Assembly: GCA_038087875.1 (NCBI GenBank)
Contig: CM075988.1
Location: forward strand, 14,448,001 to 14,512,000
Length of the DNA: 64,000 nt
Direction: 5' to 3'
Source: Malacoraja senta
Taxonomy: Eukaryota
Position 1 is the stretch's first letter; every line of letters starts with the position of its first letter. This document shows positions 26,557 through 39,745 of this stretch, one piece after another. A program made the translations under genes and the position numbers. A model generated the notes under the pieces. It had not been told where the DNA came from. It saw only the letters and a program-made list of their open reading frames with translations, and searched no databases.

Positions 26557-27511
26557 ACATGTATAATGTTATAAATGGTTTCTTTCTGGTAAGGTCTCTT
26601 TCTAGTCCATGGGTAGATGGTGTCAGGCCATATCTTCATCCTCACTACATCTATCCTCCACAAGCATGGAACAAGCATGATGGAAAGTGAAATCAGCAGG
26701 GCATCTTAGCATTGAGAGATTATTAATGCGTTAAGCAGCAACGCTGAACAATAAGCAGCCTGGTTTATTGGCTACCCTTTCTGACAAGCTATTTTCCTTT
26801 TTTGAAATGGAAATGAATTTGAAGCACTTTTGAAATGTATAATGATAGCATTAAATAAAAACAAACAAATCATCCAATTTTGTGAATGATAATGACATGG
26901 TTAAGGATATTCCATTCACGGGAAAGCAAGACAGATGCAAACCATAAACACATCCTTTATTTACAACATTAGCTTCTGACTCTGGTTCCCTCAAAATAAC
27001 CATAATTGCTGTTTAAGCATTTCAAATGCAAAAAAAAAGCACTACAGGTGAATATAGTGGGCGCGAAATAACCTTATAGTCTCTGCTTCAAATGGGCCTT
27101 GACACATGTGCAAACACACAGCAGTAAAATCCACCCCCATCATGATAGGAAACAAAGGCTGGGACACTCACAACAAGAAACAAATGATTGACATATTGTA
27201 CACAAGTAGGAGGCACAGTAGATTTATCATCGCTTGACGATATTCATTGCTCATAATGGGCCATCCAGATATGTAGGATTATTTTCATGTTTCTATGTAT
27301 TACTTATTGGAGTCAAGATACATTTCCATGCTGCATTAATCTAGCTTCAACCTTTGCTCTCAATGGATATGATGATGGTTTGTTCAGCCTATTATCAAGT
27401 GCTCTGAATGGCATGTGGAGAGTAAAGAAAATAATAGATAGTATTCTACCGATGTTGTTAATGGAATAAGCACCAGTTTATATTTTGTATCGAGTGAGCA
27501 TCCCTTTCTCT

Positions 27512-27902
27512 GACAATAGACAATAGACAATAGGTGCAGGAGTAGGCCATTTGGTCCTTCGAGCCAGCACTGCCATTCAATGTGATCATGGCTGATCATC
27601 CCCAATCAGTACCCCGTTCTTGCCTTCTCCCCATATCCCCTGACTCCGCTATTTTTAAGAGCCCTATCTAGCTCTCTCTTGAAAGCATCCAGAGAACCTG
27701 CCTCCACCACCCTCTGAGGCAGAGAATTCCACAGACTCACCACTCTCTGTGAGAAAAAGTGTTTCCTCGTCTCCGTTCTAAATGGCTTACTCCTTATTCT
27801 TAAACTGTGGCCCCTGGTTCTGGACTCCCCCAACATCGGGAACATGTTTCCTGCCTCGAGCGTGTCCAAACCCTGAACAATCTTATATGTTTCAATGAGA
27901 TC
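27512..27902 (-). mobile_element. CR1-type LINE 3' end, young
   Basis: DLIETYKIVQGLD...FFSQRVVSLWNSLP...GYGEKARTGY; tail repeat gacaata x3. Confidence 0.92.
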
Positions 27903-28029
27903 TGTACAAAGACTACAAAGTAATTTGCAAAATAGTAAAACAAAAAGGGATTGGCAACCTGGATCCAAATCCAAGAGCGATTTTAGTTTTGAAAACCAAG
28001 ACGAGGAAAGACCATCCTATTGTATCTGC

Positions 28030-28362
28030 ATATGTTGCAGTTGTATAAAACGCTGGTGAGGTTGCATTTAGAGAATTGTGTTCAGTTTGGGAACCATGTT
28101 ATAGGATAGATGTTGTCAAGCTGGAAAGGGTGCAGAGAAGATTTACATTGCCAGGTCTTAAGGGCCTGAGCTAATGGCAGAGGTTGAGCAGAGATAGGTA
28201 CTATGGCAGTGTTTAAGAAACATTTAGACAGGTACATTGCTATGACAGGTTTAGTGGGATAAGGGCCAAACGCAGGCAGGTGGGACTAGTGGAGATGGAA
28301 CGTGCTGGGTGGTATGGGTAAGTTGGACCAAATGGCCTGTTTCCACACAGTAAGACTATGAT
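28030..28362 (+). mobile_element. CR1-type LINE 3' fragment, degenerate
   Basis: gcagttgtataaaacgctggtgagg...ggcctgtttccacac. Confidence 0.8.
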
Positions 28363-29016
28363 AGATGGAGGGAAAAAGGTTAAAATCAAGATCTGGGTGT
28401 TGTTTTATTTAATGAACGAACGAATGAACAAACATATTCGGTGGGTACACTTGCAAGTAAAATCCCAGGTTATCTATAGATGAGGTGAAAGACTGTCTGT
28501 TGAAGCCTGAATGAAATCCTAGCATCTCCCCTGTGCAACAAGGCTTGCTCCTGAAGGTTCTTGCTCTTTAACTGGATTTCTTACTGATGTACTGATGTAA
28601 CATTATGCATGTAACAACGCTTTATTGAACCCCGTTCAACCCACCATACATTTATTTGAACATTTTTCTGAGTAGTCAAATATTTTCTTTAATAACTGTT
28701 CTATTATCTTCCAAAGGAATTTCAGGAAACATCACTTTATTTGTGCAAGTTTTGAGGGGGAAGTAAAAAAGTGAACGATTTTATGCTTAGAAAAAATCTT
28801 TAGATCCTGGATTGAGCCATTACAGCACGTCAAGAACATCAATAGAACAGATGATAGTGTATTGTCTGCAGCAAGTTAAAACCGTATAGTACGAGTCAGC
28901 CAACTTTCCCCATTGTCACCAACTGATTAATGGGGATTATTGGTGACAAGCACTGGGTTCAGGTTAAGATGGCGAACGACCATGCAATTTTGCTGCAAGT
29001 GTGACTTCCAACACTG

Positions 29017-29261
29017 TGTAGGAACTGCAGATGCTGGTTTAAGCTGAAGATAGACACAAAAAGCTGGAGTAACTCAGCGGGACAGGCAGCATCTCTGAAG
29101 AGGAGGAATGGGTGACGTTTCGAGTCGAGACCCTCCTTCAGACTAACTTGTGAGGACTAATGTCTGAAGAAGGGACTCGTTCCGCAATTTCATCCATTCA
29201 TTCTCTCCAGAGATGCTGCCTGTCCCGCTGAGTTACTCCAGCTTTTTGTGTCTGTCTTTGG
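29017..29261. mobile_element. Palindromic Penelope-derived short insertion
   Basis: Near-perfect inverted arms; exact 12-bp TSD cttccaacactg at 29005-29016 and 29262-29273. Confidence 0.9.
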
Positions 29262-29921
29262 CTTCCAACACTGCTCTGCATTCCTCACATGGACTGCCCA
29301 ACCATAGCCTTCATAGAATCACCTTCAGTCACTGTTAACATTCATCAGAAAGCAGCACATAGAACAGGAGGAACTGTTCAGTTTGTGGATTTATTCACCA
29401 ATAATTGTAATAAATATTTCTGATAGCCAAGAATGAAAGGAAAATGTGGTTTAGATGACAAATTCAATCGTCAAACCTAATATTTTTGACAGAATTTATT
29501 TGATCTAAAACCAGTTTATTTCAAACTGAAGGGATGGGGGTGGGCACCATTTTGCTAAAAAGTTATCTTTATCAATGCATATAATCATCCAGAGTGCATT
29601 AGGAGGCAAACTGCTTAACCAAGACAGCAGATCGCATATTTGTCTTTTTTTTTAAAATATCAAATAAGACAGCTCCTAAAGAGGTTAAAGGCAGGCAAGA
29701 TTGAAGATTGAAGAACTTCATAGACATTCAATACCTGAAAGGGAAAACCAGAGAAAACTCTAAACTGGACTTGGTACTTGGAAAGAAGCAGAAAGGAATG
29801 AGAATGGCAAAGCAATTGAGCAGGAATATTAAAACAAATGTGAAATAAGATGATTTACTATGAGAAGTGGAGTCACTCAGAATTGGCCCAGTTTATCATA
29901 TTAATTCCAGAGCTGGGCAAA

Positions 29922-30225
29922 ACATGGTGGCGCAGTAGTGGAGTTGCTGCCTTACAGGGCAAGAGACCCGGGTTCGATCCTGACCTTGGGTGCTGTCTGC
30001 ATAGAGTTTATACATTCTCCCCGTGACTATGTGGGTTTTCGCTGGGTGCTCCGCTTTCCTCCCACATTCCAAAGACGTACAAGTTTGTAGGTTAATTGGC
30101 TTCAGTAAAATTAGTAAATTGTCCCTAATGTGTCGGATAGGGCTAGTGCATTTTGATCGCAGTTCAGCTCAGACTTGGTGGGTCGAAGGGCCTGTTATCG
30201 CGCTATATCTCTAAACTAAACTAAA
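29922..30225 (+). mobile_element. HE1-type tRNA-derived SINE, near full length
   Basis: A-box-like tggcgcagtagtgg; B box ggttcgatcc (29971-29980); central ggagttt...gctttcctcccaca domain; CR1-like tail gaagggcctgtt...(TAAAC)n. Confidence 0.92.
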
Positions 30226-30577
30226 GTTGACTGGTCATAATGTTTAGAAAAAATCCAACACAAACAGATTTGGAAAGCCTCCATGATCCTGAGATGGATA
30301 GTAAAGAACAACCACTTGACCTAGTTAAAAATTATAATATTAGAGAAAGTTAAATAGTGAAGTACAGACCCAGAATAATTTCACAGGAAGTTGTAGCGAG
30401 ATTTGTCCAGTCGCTCAAATGCTCACTAGTATCTCACCATTCCTGCAGGTGTCACATTTCAATCATTATTTTCAATTCTTGCTCATACCAGAATAGACAA
30501 TAAGTAGCCATTGACAGGGTTGATGTTAACTTGAGAATGTGGAGATTTTGCCTGTCAAAGTCAATCCTAATAACATG

Positions 30578-30977
30578 ATCTTAGAGTGATACAGTGTGGA
30601 AACAGGCCCTTCGGCCCAACTTGCCCACAACGGCCAACATGTCCCAGCTACACTAGTCCCACCTGCCAGAATTTGGTCCATATCCCTCCAAACCTGTCCT
30701 ATCCATGCACCTGTCTAACTGTTTCTTAAACGTTGGGATAGTCCCTGCCAAGGGGATAGATTCCTCAAATCTTTTCCCCTTCACCTTAAACATAGTCCTC
30801 CGGTCCTCGATTCACCTACTCTGGGCAAGAGACTCTGTGCATCCACCCGATCTATTCCTCTCATGATCTTATACACCTCTATAAGATCACCCCTCATCCT
30901 CCTGCGCTCCAAGGAATAGAATCCCAGCCTACTCAACCTCTGCCTATAGCTCAGACTGTCTAGTCCTGGCAACATCT
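30578..30977 (-). mobile_element. CR1-type LINE 3' end
   Basis: MLPGLDSLSYRQRLSRLGFYSLERRRMRGDLIEVYKIMRGIDRV. Confidence 0.9.
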
Positions 30978-31499
30978 TGCATGCCACTTCAGAAAGATTC
31001 CCACAACTGAACAGATACTGTGGAGGATAGCCTCGATGCTGTGAGACAAGATAAATACAATTTGAACACCAAAGCCACTCAGGGCAAGATACAGTCATGC
31101 CTAAATAACTTTACATAAAGAGCTTAAACTAAAGACAAGGGCAGCACATTACTGATACAAAACTATTCTATCTATGTAAAGTGGGCCACCTAGCATCTGG
31201 TGCAATGAACATCTGTACATTTTCCAACTAAACCAAAACCATTTAACATGTCATAAATTTACTCCAATGTCCCTCTTTAAATTCTCAATATTCTATTGAA
31301 ATCTGTAGCCACGAATAGTTCATTTATATTCATTCTGCCTTTTGTTAGCAAGGATACAGTTTGCTGATTTATTACCATATAAATTGATAATGACCAAGCA
31401 TATTAAACTCTAATAAGCTGGTGTAAAATGCCATGGTGCTTTCGAGATCTGCGAAGCAATTTTAAGCAGTAATTTTAAGTAGCAATGATCTGGGAGCCA

Positions 31500-32695
31500 C
31501 AGAGAAGATTCACAAAGATGGTGCTGGGACTGGAGGGCCTTTAAGGGGAGACTGGGCAGGGTGGGACTGTTTCCAAGGAACAAGATAGGTTGAGGATTTA
31601 TTGAGGTGTAAATTTGGGGTTATTACCGTCAAGCGTACCGAGGTATAGTGAAAAGCTTTGTTTTGTATGCTGTCTAATCAGATCAGATAATACCATACAT
31701 AAATACAATTGAGTCAAACTCAATTATTGGGCTATGGATCATGAAAACAGGTCCATCCGCCCAACTCGCCTATGTTGACCAAATTGCCTCGCTGAAATAG
31801 TTCCAGTTGCCCATGCTTGGTCCATTTCTGTCCAAATCGTTTCTATCCATGTACTTATCCAAGATCTTTTCATGTATTGTACTTGCCTTTACTACTTCCT
31901 CTGATAGCTCTTTCCATGTACACACTATCCTCAATAATCAAAAAGTGGTCACTCAGGTCACTTCTTGAATCTTGAAAGGATGACTACTAGTTTTAGACTC
32001 CTCTACCATGGGGAATGTCTGTGACAACTCTCCCTAATTATTCCTCTCTTTAGATAACTCTAAAAAATATCACCCCTCAATCTTCTACACGCCAGGGAAT
32101 AAAGATCCAGCCTGTCCTTACAATTCAAGACTCAAGAGTCAAGTGCGTTTTTATTGCCACATGTTACAAAACAGAACAATGAAATTCTTACCTGCAGCAG
32201 CACAACAGATATGTAAACATGGTGCATAGACTCTCCAGACTTAGTAATTATTTTTTGCACCTTTTCCAATTTAATGCCATTCTTCCTGCAGCAGGGCACA
32301 GTACTCCAAATATAGCCTTACCAACGTGTGGTGGAGCTGTTACATACGTCCCTTCTCCTGTACTCAATAACTTGACCAAAGACGCAAGGAGTTCTAAACA
32401 ACTACTTCACCACCCTGCCTGAAGATGACCTGAGAGGTTATATTTAATGAGGGGCATAGACATGGAAGGGGAAAAATGTAATGGGGTCATGAGGTCATGT
32501 TTTTCCCCACACAGAGGTAGCGAGTATCTGGAATGTGCTGCCAGATAAAGAGATAGAGGCAGGTATAATTACAATGTTTAAAGGACATTTGGACAGGTAT
32601 GTTGATAGGAAAGGATTAAAGAGATTTGGGCCAAACAAAGATAAAATGTATCCAGCTTAGGTCGGCACCTTGCTTGGCATTGGCGAGTTGAGCTG
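31500..32695. mobile_element. Nested cluster of degenerate CR1 fragments and short LINE tails
   Basis: CR1 3' motifs on both strands, interrupted by minus-strand tails at ~31595-31725 and ~32135-32220. Confidence 0.6.
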
Positions 32696-32774
32696 CACAC
32701 CTTGTAGGACTCCAAGGAAGATTTTAAACATTTTGAACCATATTCTGCAAACCAAATACAATGAACAATGAAGA

Positions 32775-32962
32775 ACCCGGCGTGGGGGGACCGCTATGAG
32801 GGCGGCGGATGGGGAGGGAGGAGGAGGAGGGGAACAAAGGGGAACCTGGCACAGGGGTATTTTGTCAGTGCCCTCTAGGTGGCGACTATTTGCATACCTT
32901 GGGTATGCAAGCAAAGAATTGCTTGACTTGTCACATGTGACAATAAAGTATTCATTCATTCA
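32775..32962 (+). mobile_element. 3' end of a non-autonomous retroelement / LINE tail
   Basis: tgcataccttgggtatgcaagcaaagaatt...tcacatgtgacaataaagta(TTCA)n. Confidence 0.7.
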
Positions 32963-33359
32963 AATACTCACATAGTTGATGGGATCTAAACCTGCAGTAG
33001 GCAGTAGACTTCCAGCCTGAATGCCCATCAATACATTCAAATGGGTCATTTATTCATCCCCATGGGCAAATCTAATGGTTTAAAGCACATTTTCCAAAGG
33101 GACCAAACTCAGACATAAAGGCAAAACGTTGATTCCATCAAAAAAAATGCTTCCTTTATTATTGCCAAAGGAAAATTAAAACTGCTTGGCTGTTCAGTAA
33201 AAATATTTCTGTCAGTAAGCAGAGGATGAAAAGGCATGAGTCTTCTCACACGTTGCCACATTTCTTTTTAGAATTGTTTTGGAGTTCTGCCTGAAAGCTC
33301 AAAACAAAATGGTCCCCTGGACCCCTTCCATTGAAACTGGGCTTTGTCAGGCAGCCAGC
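32925..33359 (+). repeat. Segment A, copy 1 (duplicated at 37074-37506)
   Basis: 435 vs 433 bp; 3 substitutions and 2 single-base indels seen. Confidence 0.95.
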
Positions 33360-33559
33360 GAGAAGAACAATTCCATAACTGTGATTGAAGCTGCTAAATT
33401 ACATGGTACAAGTATCTCAGTTATGCTGACAATAGCAAAATAAAAAGTAAATCCCAAAGTAGATGGATGCTTTATCCTTCTCTGCATCATGCATGATGTG
33501 CCAATGTTTAAAAAGGTGGAATGGAATGGTGAGACACAGGGCGGCTTAATCACTACTTC

Positions 33560-33800
33560 TCTAAAAGGAGTTGCGCATTGTCGTCAAATGATTCTGACCA
33601 AACAAACCTCCCCAACATTTACACATTGTTGAAAGGTTCACAGATCAGATGGGGAGGACATGTTAGAAGAATGTCTGATGACAGAATACCAAAGCAGCTG
33701 CTCGACAGAGCTGATCAAGGGCAAGCTTTCAAGAGGTGGACGGAACATGAAATTCAAAGACTCTCTTGGAACATCCTTGAAGAGTTTCAACCTTGGGACA
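33560..33800 (+). mobile_element. RTE-clade LINE C-terminal relic
   Basis: QIRWGGHVRRMSDDRIPKQLL, then (frameshift) KGKLSRGGRNMKFKDSL. Confidence 0.8.
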
Positions 33801-33993
33801 CATACCACTGAAAACAACAAGCATTGGTTCATCCTATTGGGTATGCCTGCATAAAACATGTTGCTCACTTACAGCTCATTAATAGTGATATTTCAAGAAT
33901 CACTAGAGTCAGGTTTCCAGACAATCGGATAATTGCCAATATTACCCCTCTGTCCTCCACCAGGGGCGCCGTGGAGATGGCCAGCCCTGCCGG

Positions 33994-34213
33994 CCATTAG
34001 CTTTCTCCATTAGCTTTCTTCACTGCCTGCTGTACCTGCACGCCAACTTTCAGTGACTGGTGTACAAGGACACCCAGGTCTCGCTGCACCTCCCCCTTAC
34101 CTAACCTAACCCCATTGAGATAATAATCTGCCCCCTTGTTTTTGCCGCCAAAGTGGATAACCTCACATTTATCTATATTATACTGCAAGTGGATAACCTC
34201 ACATTTATCGATA
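33994..34213 (-). mobile_element. Internal CR1 RT fragment without tail
   Basis: MQYNIDKCEVIHFGGKN...QRDLGVLVHQSLKVGVQVQQAVKKANG. Confidence 0.9.
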
Positions 34214-36766
34214 TATCATCTAACATCATTCAAACAGATCATTAGGTCATTATCAATCCCAGGTACCAAGGATTGCAATTCACAAAACCACATGCTTCCA
34301 AACATACAAGTGTGATAAAAGTGACAATAAATTCAAAACTCTTTTGTAATAACATTTTTTGTAACATCCTGTAATTATGAAGTGCTCTATAAATGAAATT
34401 GTTTCTTCTTCCAAAGTTAAAAATTGATCACAGTGGCTATAAACTCTTCCAGCGTGATCACGTGACACCACGGTCCTTCAGCCAGGCTGATTTCCATACC
34501 ACCAGAAGTTGTATGTCTGTCACTATCAACTTTAGAGATACAGTGCGGAAACAGGCCCTTCAGCCCATGCCGACAAGTGATCATCCCGTACACAAACACA
34601 AATCTACGCACCAGGGACAATTTACAATTGTCACAAAGCCAATTAACCTCCAAACCAGAACGTCTTTAGAGTATGGGAGGAGCACCTAGAGAAAACCCAC
34701 ACGGTCACAGGGAAAATGACAAACTCCGTACAGACACCAAATTCAGTGGATATTTTTAAGGCGGAGATAGACAAATTCTTGATTAGAACGGGTGTCAAGG
34801 TTTATGGAGAGAAGACAGGAAAATGGGATTAGGATGCAGAGATCAGCCTTGATTGAATGGTGGAGTAGACTCAATGGGCCAAAAGGCCTCATTCTAATCC
34901 TCCAACTGTGCCACTTAAAGAACTCTGAGATCAAACTTGATCCTTGGTTTTGTACTTCGTAAATTTTCCAGTATTTTATCTTCCAAACAGTGACATAAAA
35001 GTGAGCAGATGCTGGAGCCTTGCGTAAAAAATCTGGTGGAGAAACTTAGCGATTTAGGTAGGTTCAGACCCGAAACGTCGTCTGTTCATTTCCTTCCACA
35101 GATGCTGCCTGACCATCTGAGTTCCTCCAGTAGTTTGTTTTTTTGCATTCTAAAGTTGCGTCTCAATGATGATATTCTTTTATCCAATTGCATTTTTATT
35201 GCACCTTTCACATTCCTTTCAGATTGTGGCAAAGTGTTTTCTAGGCAAGAAGGAACACTGGATGTGTAGTTTCTGCCATACCATTGGAAGCAGTTTAAAT
35301 AGCAACCTCTCATGAACAGGATTGTGGCAATCTGTTGTGGTAAAGATTTAGTAAGATTCTTTGATGGATAAATATTGGTGATGACAGCAATATACCAGCT
35401 GTAACAAAGAACCAAAGGCTCAAAGGACCATGCAAAGAGCAGAAACAAGGAACTAAAGATGCTAGTTTACACAAAAGGACACAAAGAGCTGGAGTCGGTC
35501 AGTGGGTCAGGCAGCATCTGCTTGCTAACCTAAAGTGATGGGGAGAGGGGAGGAGAGAGGAGAAAGAGTGGTATTGGCACTGAGAGTAGAGCCTTCTCTC
35601 CACCCAAAAACAAAACTATGCATTCAGCTATCCTACATTTTGAGTGTGAGTTATCTGGTGACTTGCCAATTTTATAATTCTGGGATAAAGGAATATTCAA
35701 AAGCACTTTTTCTTTACTAATAGGCAACATTTTTCCAATAAACCAAACCTGACAATATTTTGTTCTGAGACATTTAGGAATAAAAGTGTTATTCTTCAGA
35801 AATGTGTGTGGATATTGTGCCCACTGGGATCTCTCCAACAATAGCCTAATAGTCTGCCACATCAATTGCTTGCCTCAAATTGGTGCGTCTTTCAATTCTA
35901 AGCCAGCCCATTAGATGGAGCACCGTACTGAACTATTCCAATACAAAAAGAGGGGAGAAGAATACTCCATTTGTTTTTGTCGGGTATGGTGCAGCTAGCC
36001 AAAAGAGGAAGAACTATAGTCTGAACCTTCAAAATTGCTATCTGATCAAGCCCAAATATGTCCGAGAAAGCTGTGGTGTTGAAATATTTTAAATATCTTA
36101 ATGCTTCAAATAAGTGGCTTTCACCTGGTATTTCCAAACATTTTCTCTTACTCTGCACGATGCTATGATCTGATACAATGCAATACTTTCACCTTAAGTT
36201 GGATCAAACTTGCAAACTTACCATTCATTTTCAAATATAGTGATTTGACTCAGTGCATGTAATCTTTGACCAGGAAATCCAAGGTCATCAGCTTCTGGTC
36301 TCATTTGATTCTTCATTTCATCTCTTCAGCACTCTACAAGTAACATCTTTTCCCTTGGCAATTTCTTGCTTCCAGTTGCCCCCACGCTGATCTGTTTATG
36401 TTCCTTTTATTTTTTCGCTTCACCGTATCTATCATGCATACACAATTTTTTTTAAAGTCTTCTGCTCCCTATAAATCTGCCGATCAAATGATCACATTTT
36501 GTATTATCCCAGCTTCTGTTCCCTTCCTGCGTCCTTCTGGCAAGCCCAGATGTAAAGTTTAATGAAGTCCCAAAATATCTGCTCTCATTTTGCTACTCAG
36601 TGAAACCATGCCAGATCAGACCAATAACAAGCAACAGCTCCTGAACAGGAATTTTTTAAGTCAGAGTCCTTTCGTAAGGAGACAGGCTCTTTAGTCCACG
36701 AAGTCTACATCAACCATCAAGCACCTATTGACACTAATCCATTTTATTCTCTCCCTTTGTTCTCAT

Positions 36767-37802
36767 CAGCTCCCCTCAGATTCAACAGCCCTACCTCACT
36801 TATTTGGATCCATACTACCTTTGTCCATCAACCACACACTTCCCCCACTGCGTCCTCTCGCCTCATTCTTCCCATCTTCCCACCCTAGCTTCCTTATTTG
36901 GTTCCATGTTTCATTTTCCTTTCCAAATAGATTCTATCATCTGCAGGCCATTGTTGATTCCACCTGTTGCCACCCAGTCTCTGTCAATATTTCCACCCTA
37001 CTAACTCCCACCTGACTCTACCTTCTGATGAACCCTTCTTCATCCAAATCCACATCATCTGCCAACATCTGCCGACTTGTCACATGTGACAATAAAGTAT
37101 TCATTCATTCAAATACTCACATAGTTGATGGGATCTAAACCTGCAGTAAGCAGTAGACTTCCAGCCTGAATGCCCATCAATACATTCAAATGGGTCATTT
37201 ATTCATCCCCATGGGCAAATATAATGGTTTAAAGCACATTTTCCAAAGGGACCAAACTCAGACATAAAGGCAAAACGTTGATTCCATCAAAAAAAATGCC
37301 TCCTTTATTATTGCCAAAGGAAAATTAAAACTGCTTGGCTGTTCAGTAAAAATATTTCTGTCAGTAAGCAGAGGATGAAAAGGCATGAGTCTTCTCACAC
37401 GTTGCCACATTTCTTTTAGAATTGTTTTGGAGTTCTGCCTGAAAGCTCAAACAAAATGGTCCCCTGGACCCCTTCCATTGAAACTGGGCTTTGTCAGGCA
37501 GCCAGCTCCCCTCAGATTCAACAGCCCTACCTCACTTATTTGGATCCATACTACCTTTGTCCATCAACCACACACTTCCCCCACTGCGTCCTCTCGCCTC
37601 ATTCTTCCCATCTTCCCACCCTAGCTTCCTTATTTGGTTCCATGTTTCATTTTCCTTTCCAAATAGATTCTATCATCTGCAGGCCATTGTTGATTCCACC
37701 TGTTGCCACCCAGTCTCTGTCAATATTTCCACCCTACTAACTCCCACCTGACTCTACCTTCTGATGAACCCTTCTTCATCCAAATCCACATCATCTGCCA
37801 AC
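36767..37802 (+). repeat. B-A-B block: 300-bp direct repeat (36767-37066 / 37503-37802) enclosing A copy 2
   Basis: The B copies look identical by eye and give identical ORF translations; CAGC overlap at 37503-37506. Confidence 0.95.
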
Positions 37803-38599
37803 TCCTGCCCTGCCCCTCTTCACCCCTCCCCCCCATCATCTCTTCATCCCCCCCGCCCCCCTTCAACCAGAAACTTTGATCGTCAAATTTCCTCCACGAT
37901 GCTGCCTGACCCACTGAGTTAAGCCAGCAGATTATTTATTACTCATCTATAGACCAGGGAAATTTTACAGTGGCCAATTAACCCATCTTTGGGATGTGGG
38001 AAACAACTGGAGCACCCAGAGGAAACTCGCGTGTTCACAGGGAGAATGCACAAACTCTACAATGTAACACTAGTTGTGACACTGTGCTGCCTGAAATATA
38101 TTATGTTAAACAACAAAATCACACATCTGGAAAATTATGGCCTAATAAAGATCATGAGAAACATACAAATCACAGAGACCGAAGCTTAGACAAGCTTCCA
38201 AGGGCTGTGAAAACCCTTGTGTAACAAACATCTATTGGAACCAAGCGGAGGATCACGCCACCACAACAGCAACAACATGCCCTTCGGTTAAAGTATTGTC
38301 CTAGCTGAATGAAGCATCATTGGTGCACTCCAGTTGCTAAAACAGTTGGCTGACAACATGCTTCAGAGGGGAACCAAGAGCTTTTGTTATCAGCAGAGTG
38401 CAACAGGATTCAATGAGACTTCAAGTGAATTGCAGGTCAATTTTAGTTAATGAAAAATCACTTCAATGCAGCGTGTATTGAAGTCTCCCAATCATGTCTC
38501 TTAACATTAAGTGCAGGAAATATAAAAATTGAGATGTTATTTCGGGCATGCAATTATCAAAAGAACTTTTCTATATATGTGTAAGTGCAAGGTGATACA

Positions 38600-39190
38600 A
38601 TTAACGGGGCAATAAGGAAGCTACATGCTTGGAAAATACATATGGTGTAAGAACAAAGGGATGGGAACGAGGTGGTACAGATTCGCAGATCAGTAACAGC
38701 AGTGATGCAGATTAATAAGGCCATACAAATGCAAATAAAGCAATTAAAGTTCCATGGGGACAGAACTGAAAAACAGAGTGATGTTAAAGATACAGAATCT
38801 CGGTTACATTTGAAATCTATGTGCTCAATTCTGGTCTCCGCATTATTAAGACAAAACAGAGGTACAAACGAAAATGATGAGAAAGTGATTTACTGGAATT
38901 ATTCCACTGGGTAATACAGCTTTTCAGGAATCAGTGAACAAGCTGTGCTCTTTCCACCACAAAAAGGATGACTGAATGATGATGAAAATCTATAACATTT
39001 TGAATGCATTTGATGGGGTAGAAAATGATAGGATGTTTTCGTCTGGAAGAACAAAGCTGGGCTTCATAAATAAAAGGCAGTCACCAGTAAATGCAAAATG
39101 GATATTGAGCCAAAACCTCTTTCCACAGTAGATAGGATATAGAATCATAGAGAGTAGCTAAGGAAGAATGCATATAGAGATTTAAGGGGA
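38600..39190 (+). mobile_element. Old CR1-type LINE relic
   Basis: Decayed QINKAIQ...HLKSMCSILVS segment, equivalent to the HLEYCVQFWSP region. Confidence 0.55.
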
Positions 39191-39222
39191 AATGATAAGC
39201 ACGTGAAAGAAAGCAATGGAAG

Positions 39223-39445
39223 GAAAAGACACAAAATGCTGGAGTAACTCAGAGGGTCTGGCAGCATCTCTGGAAAACATGGATAGGCATAATTTTGGAT
39301 CGCCACCCAAAGAAAGGTTCTGATCCGAAACGTCACCTATCCATATTGTCTGGAGATGCCAAGTCTGAAGACAGGTCCTGACCAAAACCATTGCCTTTCC
39401 ATATTCTCCAGAGATTCTACAGCATTGTGTGTCTTTCCTCATGTC
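39223..39445. mobile_element. Palindromic Penelope-derived short insertion
   Basis: Inverted arms; TSD 39210-39222 and 39446-39458 (12/13). Confidence 0.8.
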
Positions 39446-39649
39446 AAAGCAATTGAAGAATATGTTTTGATGAAGGGTTTTTGACCTGACCTGTTAACTG
39501 TTTCTCTTTCACAGTTGCTGCCTAGATGCTGAGGTGTTACCAGCGGCTTCAGTTTATATTTCAGATTTTCAGCTGCTGCCATTTTACTTTGATTTTCATT
39601 TACTGAAGGATGTGTTAATTGAACAAGGGTGAAGCATGATAAATTAAAC

Positions 39650-39745
39650 TGAACTGAAGATATACACAAAATGCTGGAATAACTCAGCGGGACAGGCAGC
39701 ATCTCTGGAGAGAAGGAATGGGTGACATTTTGGGTCGTGACCCAT
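39650..39745 (-). mobile_element. Penelope-derived repeat fragment (similar fragments at ~45-130, 35005-35150, 35445-35580, 42925-43013, 44875-44960, 55405-55530)
   Basis: acacaaaatgctggaataactcagcgggacaggcagcatctctggagagaaggaatgggtgac. Confidence 0.8.

Noticed and set aside
29922..29990. tRNA-like A and B boxes (also in the other HE1 copies)
   Set aside because: These are SINE heads that continue into SINE body and tail, not tRNA genes.
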